64,000 nucleotides of DNA, taken from the NCBI GenBank assembly GCA_963665275.2, contig CAXXIN010000014.1, positions 1 to 64,000 of the forward strand. Reading direction: 5' to 3'. Under the pieces are notes generated by a model. The model ran no database searches. It had not been told where the DNA came from and worked only from the letters and a program-made list of their open reading frames with translations. Of this stretch, positions 35,339 to 45,137 are shown piece after piece. Numbering within the stretch: the stretch's first letter is position 1; each line of letters opens with the position of its first letter. Source of the DNA: Negativicutes bacterium. GTDB lineage: Bacteria; Bacillota; Negativicutes; UBA1444. The position numbers were made by a program, and so were the translations under genes.

Positions 35339-36083
35339 ACTGACCAAAGAATTCGGCGGATTGAAAGCCGTTTCCAACTTTAACATGGAGATCAACAAAG
35401 GCGAACTGGTTGGATTGATTGGCCCGAATGGAGCAGGAAAGACAACAGCATTCAATCTAATGACGGGGGTTTATGAACCCACCTCCGGACAGATTGATTT
35501 CGACGGAAAAAGTTTGCTGGGGCTAAAACCTTATCAGGTTACACAACATGGAATTGCCAGGACGTTCCAAAACATCCGCCTGTTCTCCGATTTAACGGTG
35601 ATCGACAACGTCAAGATTGCTTATCATTTTCACGTGAAGTATGGGATTGCAGAAGCGGTCATGCGGGTCGGGCGTTATTACCCAGAGGAGGACGTCATCG
35701 AGCAGAAAGCGCTGGAGTGCCTGAAGATGTTCAAACTAGATGACCGGCGAGATGAAATCGCCCGTAATTTGCCGTACGGCGAACAACGTCGCCTAGAAAT
35801 CGCCAGGGCGTTGGCAGCCGAGCCGCAACTGCTGCTGTTGGACGAACCGGCAGCCGGTATGAATCCTCAAGAAACGCATGAATTGATGGAGATGATTCGT
35901 TGGATCCGTGACGAACTGAAACTGACGATTCTGCTGATCGAACATGATATGAGTCTCGTCATGGGCGTCTGCGAAAGAATATATGTGTTGGATTACGGGA
36001 GCATCATCGCGGCGGGAACTCCGCTGGAAATCCGAAGCAATCCACGCGTAATCGAGGCTTACCTCGGTGAGGAGGTGCATTGA
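35316..36083 (+). CDS. livG: Branched-chain amino acid ABC ATPase
   Basis: GPNGAGKTT, LPYGEQRRLEIARAL, LLDEPAAG. Confidence 0.95.
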   Translation: MALLKINKLTKEFGGLKAVSNFNMEINKGELVGLIGPNGAGKTTAFNLMTGVYEPTSGQIDFDGKSLLGLKPYQVTQHGIARTFQNIRLFSDLTVIDNVKIAYHFHVKYGIAEAVMRVGRYYPEEDVIEQKALECLKMFKLDDRRDEIARNLPYGEQRRLEIARALAAEPQLLLLDEPAAGMNPQETHELMEMIRWIRDELKLTILLIEHDMSLVMGVCERIYVLDYGSIIAAGTPLEIRSNPRVIEAYLGEEVH

Positions 36084-36787
36084 TGCTAAAGGTCGAAAAT
36101 ATTAATGTATATTATGGAGCCATTCATGCACTCAAGGGAATTACCGTCGAAGTGAAGGAAGGCGAGATCGTCACGCTGATTGGCGCCAACGGTGCAGGGA
36201 AAAGTACGATTTTGCGAACGATATCCGGCCTTTTGAGAGCCAAGACCGGCGATATCAAATTCGAAGGAAAATCCATTGCTTCCACCGCAGCTGAAGATAT
36301 TGTCTGTCGGGGGATCAGCCAGGTTCCCGAGGGACGCCGGATTTTTGCCAACATGACGGTGGAAGAAAATCTTGAGCTAGGCGCTTATATTCGAAATGAC
36401 AAGAAGGGAATCCGCAAGGACATTGACAAGGTTTTTGAACGATTTTCCCGTTTGGGTGAACGCCGTTCGCAAATCGCTGGAACATTGTCCGGCGGTGAAC
36501 AGCAAATGCTGGCCATCGGACGAGGATTGATGAGCCAACCGCGCCTGATGCTATTGGATGAGCCATCCATGGGCCTTGCGCCTCTTCTGGTGAAGGAAAT
36601 TTTCTCAATCATCAAGGAGATTAATGCTAGTGGGACAACGATCCTGCTCGTGGAACAGAATGCACACATGGCGCTATCAATTGCCCACAAGGCCTATGTG
36701 CTCGAAACCGGACGGATTATTCTTTCCGGCTCAGCGAAGGAACTTTCCGAGAGCGAAGAGGTTCGCAAGGCTTATCTCGGCGGTTAA
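36083..36787 (+). CDS. livF: Branched-chain amino acid ABC ATPase
   Basis: GANGAGKST, LSGGEQQMLA, DEPSMGLAP. Confidence 0.95.
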   Translation: MLKVENINVYYGAIHALKGITVEVKEGEIVTLIGANGAGKSTILRTISGLLRAKTGDIKFEGKSIASTAAEDIVCRGISQVPEGRRIFANMTVEENLELGAYIRNDKKGIRKDIDKVFERFSRLGERRSQIAGTLSGGEQQMLAIGRGLMSQPRLMLLDEPSMGLAPLLVKEIFSIIKEINASGTTILLVEQNAHMALSIAHKAYVLETGRIILSGSAKELSESEEVRKAYLGG

Positions 36788-36825
36788 CTACCAGATCATA
36801 AAATTGCGAAAGGGGCGACAAAGAG

Positions 36826-37470
36826 ATGTTTGTAGTAAAACGAATGACTCCCAACCCCAAGACGATTGAATCTACAGCAACAATCGCCGACGCATCGGAA
36901 CTGATGCGGAATTATAAGATCAGACGGTTGCCGGTAGTGGATAACGGGACGCTGGTGGGCATCGTCACCGACCGTGACCTGCGGTCGGTATCCCCTTCAC
37001 CCGCCACGACGCTATCAATATTTGAACTGAATTATCTCCTGGCAAAAATGCAAGTCAAAGATATCATGCATAAAGATGTCGTAACGATCAATGTGAGCGC
37101 AACAATCGAAGAAGCGGCATTGTCGATGTCCAACCATCATATCGCTGGACTTGTCGTTGTGGATGCAATTGGCGGCGTAGTTGGTATCATCACCGAGACC
37201 GATATTTTCAACAGTTTCGTCGAGATCATGGGCCTTAAGGAAGGAAAAACTCGATTTACCTTCAGCGTATCGGATCAGGTTGGCGTATTGCATGAAATCA
37301 CAGGGATCTTTAAAGAATTGAACATCAACATCAGTAGCTTGGCCACATATACCACAGATAGCGGCGGCGGCGAACTGATCATCCGCTTCAATGCGCAAGA
37401 TACCACGGAACTTACGAAACGTCTGACAGCGATTGGCTATGCACCCCAGCACATCGTTCAAATTGGATGA
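36826..37470 (+). CDS. CBS-CBS-ACT protein (AcuB-like)
   Basis: Tandem CBS (RRLPVVD..LVGIVTDRDL) plus ACT (DQVGVLHEIT). Confidence 0.88.
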   Translation: MFVVKRMTPNPKTIESTATIADASELMRNYKIRRLPVVDNGTLVGIVTDRDLRSVSPSPATTLSIFELNYLLAKMQVKDIMHKDVVTINVSATIEEAALSMSNHHIAGLVVVDAIGGVVGIITETDIFNSFVEIMGLKEGKTRFTFSVSDQVGVLHEITGIFKELNINISSLATYTTDSGGGELIIRFNAQDTTELTKRLTAIGYAPQHIVQIG

Positions 37471-37487
37471 ACCCTAAAATAGTCATA

Positions 37488-37527
37488 AAACACTGTGGAC
37501 CGCACGCGGGACGCAGTGTTTTTCTTT
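37488..37527 (+). terminator. Terminator of the liv-acuB operon
   Basis: AAACACTGTG...CGCAGTGTTT followed by TTCTTT. Confidence 0.6.
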
Positions 37528-37612
37528 GCCGTAACAGTAAAGAATGTTGTACAATAAGAGACGGAATTCAAGTATGGTCATGGTACATAGCGAGGAAAGG
37601 AGGCGGGACGGC

Positions 37613-38638
37613 ATGAAATTGACTAATTTCACGAAAAGGGGCGGTTGAGCTGCTAAAATAGGGCCGGGTGCCCTATCCGACGTTCTCGCCAAACTGCCGC
37701 CGATTCACGACCCTAGAGTACTTGTCGGGATCGACACTTCCGATGATGCCGGCGTATATCTTCTAAACGATGAAACGGCGTTGATCCAGACCCTCGATTT
37801 CTTCACGCCGATTGTTGATGACCCGTATCTGTTCGGTCAAATCGCGGCAGCCAACAGTCTCAGCGATGTCTACGCCATGGGTGGCAAACCATTGACAGCC
37901 ATGAATATTGTCACTTTTCCTGTGTGCCGTCTGGATGCAGAGGTTTTACTTGCCATACTCAGCGGTGGTCAGCAGAAGATTGCGGAGGCCGGCGCGGTGA
38001 TGGTCGGCGGACACACCATTGACGACGACGAGCCCAAGTACGGGCTCAGTGTGACAGGCACGGTTCATCCGTCCAGAATCCTGACCAATGCTGGCGCACA
38101 GGTTGGCGATGCCTTGATTCTGACCAAAGCCATCGGCACCGGCGTGCTATACACCGCTCTACGGGCGGAGCTTTTCGCGGACGGCGTGACCGCCGCAGCC
38201 CAAAGCATGGCGCAACTGAACCGATATGCGGCGGAAGTCATGGAAAAATACACGGTGCACTCTTGCACCGATATCACTGGGTTTGGTCTACTCGGCCATG
38301 CCTATGAAATGTCCTCTGCCAGCGGCGTGGAGCTGCAAATCGACAGCGGGGCGATTCCGTTGTTGCCGGATGCTGCTGCTGCCGCCACGATGGGCCTTGT
38401 TCCGGCAGGGGCATATGCCAATCGGGAATATCTGAAGCTGATCTTTTTTGATTCGGGTGTGCCGGTGAATATTCAGGACCTGTTGTTCGATCCGCAAACC
38501 TCGGGAGGGTTGCTGATTAGTTTGCCATCTGAGCAGGCGGAATCAATCGTACAGGAAATGAAATCAGCCGGAGTTGCTGCGGCAACCTGCATCGGAAGAG
38601 TCGTCAAGAAAGGGAAAGGACAAATCAATGTCAAATGA
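37613..38638 (+). CDS. selD: Selenide, water dikinase (selenoprotein, Sec at codon 12)
   Basis: MKLTNFTKRGG-UGA-AAKIGP in frame with the 37781 ORF (DFFTPIVDDP, DITGFGLLGH, DPQTSGGLL); GGAGG RBS. Confidence 0.95.
37658..37676 (+). promoter_or_regulatory. Bacterial SECIS hairpin of selD
   Basis: ATAGGGC-CGGGT-GCCCTAT begins 9 nt after the in-frame TGA at 37646-37648. Confidence 0.75.
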
Positions 38639-39251
38639 AAAGGAACAAAATAATACGACACTGGATTGCCGGGGACTTGCCTGCCCCCAGCCGGTAATTT
38701 TGACGAAAAAAGCGCTTGATCAGCGGCCCGAAGCGCTGACCGTAATCGTGGACAATGCTGCCGCGAAAGAGAACGTTGCCAAATTTGCTTCAGCCGGCGG
38801 ATATGGCGTAAGCATCGAAGCGGCGGGCGGGCTATATCATGTCAGGATGCTCGCGGGAACGAACATTGCTCAGCCAACAGCTCCTGCGCCCGCGACAGAA
38901 TTGTCAGCGACAGACGAACGACCGGTTTTTTTGATTTCCAAGGACACGCTGGGCCATGGGAGTGACACGCTCGGCGCAATATTGATCAAATCCTTCTTTG
39001 TTTCCCTGCTGGAAACGAATCCTTTGCCAAAAACGATCATGCTGATTAATTCCGGTGTGTATCTTGCAGCGCAGGAATCACCCGTTTTACCGGCGATGCA
39101 GGAACTCTCCGGTAGAGGGGTAAACATTCTGGTTTGCGGCACTTGCCTCGACTATTTCGAACTCAAGGAAAAATTGGCGGTAGGATCGGTGACTAATATG
39201 TACTCCATTCTGAACGAACTTACAGGATCAAGTTGCGCCATTACGTTATGA
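38628..39251 (+). CDS. yedF: Selenium metabolism protein YedF (TusA + DsrE-like)
   Basis: LDCRGLACPQPVI; LINSGV, CGTCLDY, GSVTNMY. Confidence 0.9.
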   Translation: MSNEKEQNNTTLDCRGLACPQPVILTKKALDQRPEALTVIVDNAAAKENVAKFASAGGYGVSIEAAGGLYHVRMLAGTNIAQPTAPAPATELSATDERPVFLISKDTLGHGSDTLGAILIKSFFVSLLETNPLPKTIMLINSGVYLAAQESPVLPAMQELSGRGVNILVCGTCLDYFELKEKLAVGSVTNMYSILNELTGSSCAITL

Positions 39252-39499
39252 ACCGACTGATCGTCTTTGATTCCGTGCATCATGCGATCCGGGTCGAACG
39301 CTTGCTGCAGCAGGTGGGAATCGCGGTGGAGATGATCCCGACTCCGCGGGAAATAACAGCCAGCTGCGGACAAAGCGTTGCTTTCAACGATACTGACGCT
39401 GAAGTCGTCCAGCGGGTTCTGGGACAGGAAAAAATACAATTTCGTGGCGTTTATTCATCGTCGGCTGAGAGTAGAAGATATGAACTGCTCTGGCGATAA
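39248..39499 (+). CDS. DUF3343 (putative Se/S carrier-like) protein
   Basis: F.SVHHA...E..L......IPTPREITASCG. Confidence 0.85.
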   Translation: MNRLIVFDSVHHAIRVERLLQQVGIAVEMIPTPREITASCGQSVAFNDTDAEVVQRVLGQEKIQFRGVYSSSAESRRYELLWR

Positions 39500-39542
39500 G
39501 CAAGCAGCGTTAATAGCGAACTAGAGGGAGAACGGGTGAAAT

Positions 39543-39740
39543 ATGCCGATCAAATTGGAGCTGGGCGATATCGCCAAAATGAAGAAAGCTCATCCCTGCG
39601 GCTCCGACCGCTGGGAAATCGTTCGTACCGGCATGGACATCGGTATCAAGTGCCTGGGGTGTGGACGCCGCGTCCTCGTTCCCCGGCCAAAATTTGAGAA
39701 GGCGCTGAAAACGCTGGAAACGAAGAAGGAGAATCCATAA
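39543..39740 (+). CDS. DUF951 family protein (YyzM-like)
   Basis: MKKAHPCGS..WEI.R.GMDI.IKC.GCG. Confidence 0.9.
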   Translation: MPIKLELGDIAKMKKAHPCGSDRWEIVRTGMDIGIKCLGCGRRVLVPRPKFEKALKTLETKKENP

Positions 39741-40847
39741 ATGAGCACTTCACTTGAAGTTGGTATCGTCGGTTTACCCAATGTAGGCAAAAGCACCCTG
39801 TTCAATGCTATTACCAAAGCCGGGGCGGAGGCTGCCAACTATCCCTTCTGCACGATTGAGCCCAACGTCGGCATTGTGGAAGTGCCTGACGAGCGGTTGT
39901 GGAAGTTGGCCGAAATGTTCAATCCCAAAAAAACGACACCTACAGCGATGAAGTTCGTGGATATCGCGGGCCTGGTAAAAGGCGCCTCCACCGGCGAGGG
40001 TCTTGGCAACAAGTTTCTCGCCCATATCCGCGAAGTGGATGCCGTGTTGCAAGTCGTGCGCTGCTTCGCCGACGACAACGTCACCCATGTGGAAGGCGGC
40101 ATCGATCCGTTGCGGGATATTGAAATCATCAATACGGAGTTGTGCCTGGCCGACATCGAAACAGTGGAGAAACGAATCCCCAAATCCCAGCGCCTGTTGA
40201 AAAGCGGCGACAAGAAGATTTTGGGCGAAATGGAACTGTTGAAGCGAATTCTGGGTGAGCTCTCCGAAGGCAAACCGGCGCGGCGGCAAGGACTGACGGC
40301 GGAAGAGCTTGAGAGTGTGCGCGACATGAATCTGCTGACACTGAAACCGATCATGTACGTGGCGAACGTCGGAGAAGACGAAGTCGGTGCAGGCGTGGCG
40401 AATGCCGGGGTGGAAATAATCCGCAAATACAGCAGAGAAGAAAACTCTGAAGTCGTCGTTATCTCAGCCCGTATTGAATCGGAAATCGCCGAATTGTCGG
40501 AAGAGGAATCGAAGGCGTTTTTGGAGGAGCTTGGTTTACCGGAAAGCGGCCTGGCTCAACTAATCAAAGCCTCGTATAAACTGCTGGGGCTGATGCACTT
40601 CTTCACGGCTGGTGAACCAGAAGTTCGTGCCTGGACCATTCGCAGGGGAACCAAGGCGCCACAGGCGGCCGGCAAGATCCACACTGACATTGAACGAGGT
40701 TTCATCCGGGCGGAAATCGTCAACTTTGACGACCTGGTGGCTTGCGGCAGTCAGAATGCAGCCCGTGAAAAAGGACTGGTACGTCTGGAAGGCAAGGAAT
40801 ATGAGATGAAAGATGGCGATGTCGTTTATTTCCGCTTTAATGTGTAA
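39741..40847 (+). CDS. ychF: Redox-regulated ATPase YchF
   Basis: GLPNVGKSTLFNA, NYPFCTIEPN, DIAGLV, TGS domain. Confidence 0.98.
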   Translation: MSTSLEVGIVGLPNVGKSTLFNAITKAGAEAANYPFCTIEPNVGIVEVPDERLWKLAEMFNPKKTTPTAMKFVDIAGLVKGASTGEGLGNKFLAHIREVDAVLQVVRCFADDNVTHVEGGIDPLRDIEIINTELCLADIETVEKRIPKSQRLLKSGDKKILGEMELLKRILGELSEGKPARRQGLTAEELESVRDMNLLTLKPIMYVANVGEDEVGAGVANAGVEIIRKYSREENSEVVVISARIESEIAELSEEESKAFLEELGLPESGLAQLIKASYKLLGLMHFFTAGEPEVRAWTIRRGTKAPQAAGKIHTDIERGFIRAEIVNFDDLVACGSQNAAREKGLVRLEGKEYEMKDGDVVYFRFNV

Positions 40848-40896
40848 ATTTAACTTCGGGGTTGCTTTCCCGCAGCCGTTGTTATAAAATAAATAA

Positions 40897-40960
40897 GCCT
40901 GAACACTCGGGCATTTACTCCCCTGCCCCAAAGAGGGGCCGATAGTCCAAAGGAGGAGGT
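40897..40960 (+). promoter_or_regulatory. S6:S18 ribosomal-protein leader
   Basis: CTCCCCTGCCCC...GGGGCCG...AAAGGAGG hairpin sequestering the RBS; promoter TTGCTT-17-TAAAAT at 40862-40890. Confidence 0.65.
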
Positions 40961-40967
40961 GAACCTG

Positions 40968-41252
40968 TTGAGAAAGTATGAACTCGTATTCATCATCAAA
41001 CCGATGGAAGAAGAAGCAACACAAGCGGTGGTCGCCAAGTTTGAAACCTTGGTAACGAACAATGGTGGCACGATCGAGAAGATCGACCGCTGGGGCAAAC
41101 GCCGTCTGGCCTATCTGGTGAAAGATTTCACCGATGGCTACTACTGCATCTTCCACTTCACCGGCAAGCCCGAAACAGTAGCTGAACTGAATCGCGTGAT
41201 GAAGATTACCGACGACATCTTGCGGCACTTGATCGTAAAAGAAGATGAATAG
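40968..41252 (+). CDS. rpsF: 30S ribosomal protein S6
   Basis: RKYELVFI, WGKRRLAY, ILRHLIV. Confidence 0.97.
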   Translation: MRKYELVFIIKPMEEEATQAVVAKFETLVTNNGGTIEKIDRWGKRRLAYLVKDFTDGYYCIFHFTGKPETVAELNRVMKITDDILRHLIVKEDE

Positions 41253-41268
41253 TCGGGAGGTCTGATCC

Positions 41269-41670
41269 ATGAACAAGGTGTTTTTACTGGGAAGATTAGT
41301 GCGGGATCCGGAAATCCGGACTACGCAGAGCGGAAAAATGGTCACGACGTTCACTCTGGCCGTGGACCGATTTGGTGGCGGCAAAGACAACGCCGACTTT
41401 ATCACCATCGTAACATGGGATAAATTGGCCGAGAACTGTGGCAACAGCTTGACCAAAGGGCAACGTGCCTTGGTTGAAGGCCGCCTGCAAATCCGCAGCT
41501 TCGAAGGAAAAGATGGCCAAAAACGTTGGGTCACCGAGATCGTTGCCCAGTCAGTGGAGTTCCTGGAACGCCGTAGTAGCGTACCGGCCACTGAAAGCAG
41601 CAACGTACCCCATGACGCGGCAACCCAGTTCGGGCAAGACGTGGCGCCGGATGATGAGATTCCATTCTGA
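41269..41670 (+). CDS. ssb: Single-stranded DNA-binding protein
   Basis: [15 protein letters not shown] ... DDEIPF. Confidence 0.97.
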   Translation: MNKVFLLGRLVRDPEIRTTQSGKMVTTFTLAVDRFGGGKDNADFITIVTWDKLAENCGNSLTKGQRALVEGRLQIRSFEGKDGQKRWVTEIVAQSVEFLERRSSVPATESSNVPHDAATQFGQDVAPDDEIPF

Positions 41671-41690
41671 TGCAAGGAGGGTTCAGTAAA

Positions 41691-41921
41691 GTGAGACGGG
41701 AAAAAGGAAGACGACCCCGCAAAAAAGTCTGCAGTTTTTGCGTGGATAAAATTGACTCCATCAACTATAAAGAAATTGGCCGATTGCAGCGGTATGTCAG
41801 CGAACGGGGGAAGATTCTTCCTCGGCGGATTTCTGGCAACTGTGCTAAACATCAGCGTCAAGTGACACTTGCCGTTAAACGGGCTCGCAGTATTGCACTG
41901 CTGCCTTTCACGACGGAGTAA
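41691..41921 (+). CDS. rpsR: 30S ribosomal protein S18
   Basis: [26 protein letters not shown]. Confidence 0.97.
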   Translation: MRREKGRRPRKKVCSFCVDKIDSINYKEIGRLQRYVSERGKILPRRISGNCAKHQRQVTLAVKRARSIALLPFTTE

Positions 41922-42095
41922 GTTGAAACGCCGGACAGGCAATGAAATGAGAGGCCGTTTTTTCGGTCGCTCATTTTTTTTCTTTCCAGAATAGAATGGC
42001 GAATATCCCGGTAAACTAACACATAGGAGTATCTCTCGGCAGGAAACTGACAGTATTGGGCGAATTCCTTTCCGTATTGATAAATGAGGTGAACT

Positions 42096-43079
42096 ATGAG
42101 TACTTCCCGCGTGAAACCGATGGTTGAGGGTGGAATTCTATCTGCCGTTGCCATTCTGTTTGCATTGATCAGCGTATACATTCCTTTTATCGGCGCCTTT
42201 GTCAATCTGATCTGGCCGGTTCCCATCATTCTTTTGGGTGTACGGCATGGTTACAAGTGGAGCCTAATGGCAACGGTTGTCGCCGGGATACTGATCGCCA
42301 TTCTGCTTCATCCGCTGCATGCAATCGGGGTGGCCGTTGGCTTCGGGTTAACCGGAATTGTTCTTGGTCATTGCTTTCGCAAGGGTTTTTCTCCAGTTAC
42401 CTCTGTTCTGTTGGGGGCGGTGGCCTCTCTGGTTTCAAAAATCATTGTTTTGTCCATTAGCGCGGTCGTTCTGAATATCAACCCATTGGCGGATCAATCC
42501 GAAGCGATGGCTAAGGCGGTAGATCAGGCGATCAACATATATCGAAATTTTGGCTTAAAAGAGGCGGAGCTTTCCCAAGTCTCAGAAAGTATGCACGGGA
42601 TGCTTTCGATGATGAAACTGATTCTTCCAGCTGGGTTTGCGATGGCCTCCGTGGTGGACACGTTTCTCAATTTTGTGGTTGCCAGAGCCGTGCTGCGGAA
42701 ACTAGGCCACAATATCGCTGCGTTTCCGGCATTTTCCGTTTGGACGCTGTCGCCGGCAATTCTGTATGCGTTCATTGTTTCGATGTTGTTAATCTACTGG
42801 GGTAAAAGCCGTGAGCTGGAAATGCTTGCAAACGCCGGACTTAACCTGCAAGTCGCCACTAGCATGCTGCTCATGCTTCAGGGGCTTTCGGTCGTCTTCT
42901 TTTATGCCGCAAAACATGGGTTGCCCAAGTTCCTCCGCTGGTTGTTTGTGACCCTCGTTTTCACCAATGGGTTTATTATGCAAGCCGTTGTGTTTCTCGG
43001 GGCATTTGAGATTGCGCTCGACATTCGTAAATTGCGTCGTCCCTTGCCGCCTCCAGAAAAAACTGATGCGGGAGAATAG
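42096..43079 (+). CDS. yybS: YybS/DUF2232 membrane protein
   Basis: Multi-TM protein; conserved rpsR-yybS-gdpP-rplI order. Confidence 0.85.
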   Translation: MSTSRVKPMVEGGILSAVAILFALISVYIPFIGAFVNLIWPVPIILLGVRHGYKWSLMATVVAGILIAILLHPLHAIGVAVGFGLTGIVLGHCFRKGFSPVTSVLLGAVASLVSKIIVLSISAVVLNINPLADQSEAMAKAVDQAINIYRNFGLKEAELSQVSESMHGMLSMMKLILPAGFAMASVVDTFLNFVVARAVLRKLGHNIAAFPAFSVWTLSPAILYAFIVSMLLIYWGKSRELEMLANAGLNLQVATSMLLMLQGLSVVFFYAAKHGLPKFLRWLFVTLVFTNGFIMQAVVFLGAFEIALDIRKLRRPLPPPEKTDAGE

Positions 43080-43082
43080 CTG

Positions 43083-44687
43083 ATGAACGAAAAAAGAAGT
43101 TATCGCCAGTCGCCGCCTTCATCCCAATTATTGCCGTCGCAAGCGCCGCTCGTTCAAGGTGAGGTCGCTCAACCCCGTTTCGGACCCGACGATTTGCCTG
43201 AACCCGGACCGGTTTGTTCCTCAGGGGACAAGGGCAGTGCCCTAAATGAGGCGGTTTTTGCCTTCATCCAGATTGACAACCTGGAGGATGTGCTTCAGGG
43301 GATGGATGAGAACCAACGAAATGCGCTGCAAACGGAAACTCACCAGCATTTGCTGACATGGTGCGGTCACCTGAATGGATTCCTCCGCAAGTATTCCGAA
43401 GATATGTACATGGCGATATTTTCTCGCCATGATTTGGACCAGATGATCAGCGAAAAATTCGACATTTTGGACGAAGTACGGGCTCTGAGGGTCGGCAATA
43501 AGTTGCCGGTTACTCTCAGCATGGGAGTCGCCGCCAGCGGGATGACTATGAGCGAACGGGGGCAAAAAGCGCAGACCGGCCTTGATTTGGCCCTTGGTCG
43601 CGGCGGCGATCAGGCGGCGGTGTATGTCAACGACGAGGTCCAGTTCTACGGAGGCAAAGCCAAAGTAATGGAAAAAAATACTCGAGTGAAAGCTCGAGTT
43701 GTCGCTCATGCGATTCGGGAACTCATGCAGGAAGCCACAGACGTAATGATCATGGGACATGAGGGAGAAGATTTCGACTGCCTCGGCTCGGCGATGGGAG
43801 TAGCCCGTATGGCTGCTCACTTAGGGAAAACAGTGAATATCGTTGTGGGCGTGGTGGCCATGTCCTTCGAGAAATTGCAGGAATTACTGCCGGACTATGC
43901 TGAATACGGCGGGTTGTTTTTGACAGCAGAGCAGGCACTGCAACGGGTTACGCCAAAGACATTGCTGTTTGTAGTGGATACGCACCGCGTTTTTTTGACA
44001 GCAGCGCCAAGGCTGCTTGACATCGTTGACCGCAGGGTGGTCATTGATCACCACCGCCGATCAGAAGATTTTATCCCGTCTCCAATGATTGTTTATCTGG
44101 AGCCGTCTGCGTCTTCGACCAGTGAGCTGGTGACGGAGTTGCTGACGTATTTCGATGAAAAGATTGAACTTACCCGGTTGGAGGCGTCGGCGCTGTTTGC
44201 CGGCATTGTAGTGGATACGAAAAACTTCGCCGTTCAGACCGGGGTGAGGACCTTTGAGGCGGCAGCCTATCTTCGTCGCTCTGGTGCAGATCCGGCAATC
44301 GTGCGACATCTGTTCATGGTCGACATGGAAACTTTGAAGCTTCGTGCTGCTATCTTGGCAGAGTCGCAGAGCCTTTCAGGCGGAGCGGTCATCGCAGTCT
44401 GCCCTTCCGAAGTAAAGAATGGCCAGATTATTTCCGCTCAGGCAGCTGATACGATGTTGACGATAGAAGGCATCAGAGCCAGCTTTGTTCTGTGTCCCTC
44501 CGAGGGCGGTGTTGGAATCAGCGCGCGCTCCAATGGAGATGTCAATGTTCAGGTGATCATGGAAGCTTTTGGTGGCGGCGGACATCAAACAGTGGCCGGC
44601 GCATATATTGACGGCGTAGATCTTGCTGAAGCCCGTAAGCGATTGGAAGCGGTTATTGCTGACTATATTGGAGAGGAGAATGAATAA
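43083..44687 (+). CDS. gdpP: GdpP-like c-di-AMP phosphodiesterase (degenerate GGDEF-DHH-DHHA1)
   Basis: LALGRGGDQA, MGH..EDFDCLG, IDHHRR, GGGGH. Confidence 0.88.
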   Translation: MNEKRSYRQSPPSSQLLPSQAPLVQGEVAQPRFGPDDLPEPGPVCSSGDKGSALNEAVFAFIQIDNLEDVLQGMDENQRNALQTETHQHLLTWCGHLNGFLRKYSEDMYMAIFSRHDLDQMISEKFDILDEVRALRVGNKLPVTLSMGVAASGMTMSERGQKAQTGLDLALGRGGDQAAVYVNDEVQFYGGKAKVMEKNTRVKARVVAHAIRELMQEATDVMIMGHEGEDFDCLGSAMGVARMAAHLGKTVNIVVGVVAMSFEKLQELLPDYAEYGGLFLTAEQALQRVTPKTLLFVVDTHRVFLTAAPRLLDIVDRRVVIDHHRRSEDFIPSPMIVYLEPSASSTSELVTELLTYFDEKIELTRLEASALFAGIVVDTKNFAVQTGVRTFEAAAYLRRSGADPAIVRHLFMVDMETLKLRAAILAESQSLSGGAVIAVCPSEVKNGQIISAQAADTMLTIEGIRASFVLCPSEGGVGISARSNGDVNVQVIMEAFGGGGHQTVAGAYIDGVDLAEARKRLEAVIADYIGEENE

Positions 44688-44689
44688 CG

Positions 44690-45136
44690 ATGAAAGTGAT
44701 TTTACTGCAGGAAGTTAAGAAACTCGGCAAAAAGGGAGACGTATTGGAGGTTGCCGAAGGATATGCGCGCAATTTCTTGCTACCTCGCAAGCTGGCAGCC
44801 CAAGCGACCCCGGATACAATGAATCAAATGCAGCAACAAAAAAATGCAACTGCAGACCGCCAGAAACGCCAGCTGGAAGAGGCTCGGCTCATGGCCGCTC
44901 AACTCGGCCAAATTGAAGTAAAAGTGAAGGCAAAAGCAGGCGAAGGTGGAAAATTGTTTGGTGCTGTAACCACAAAAGATATTGCAGATGCAGCGAAACT
45001 CCAGCATGGGCTCGAACTTGACCGGCGGAAGATGGAAATTACTGAGCCGATAAAAAATTTGGGACCGTCTTCTGTTGTCATGAAAATACATCCAGAAGTG
45101 ACAGCGGAAATCAAAGTCCAAGTGATTGGAGAATAA
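44690..45136 (+). CDS. rplI: 50S ribosomal protein L9
   Basis: MKVILL..VKKLGKKGD..EVAEGYARNFLLP. Confidence 0.98.
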   Translation: MKVILLQEVKKLGKKGDVLEVAEGYARNFLLPRKLAAQATPDTMNQMQQQKNATADRQKRQLEEARLMAAQLGQIEVKVKAKAGEGGKLFGAVTTKDIADAAKLQHGLELDRRKMEITEPIKNLGPSSVVMKIHPEVTAEIKVQVIGE

Positions 45137-45137
45137 C

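Noticed and set aside
40560-41942. Long antisense ORFs (also 60626-61930, 58386-59252, 32184-33113, 47218-48066, 55402-56100)
   Set aside because: Mirror frames of well-supported genes or GC-rich non-coding DNA, with no motifs.
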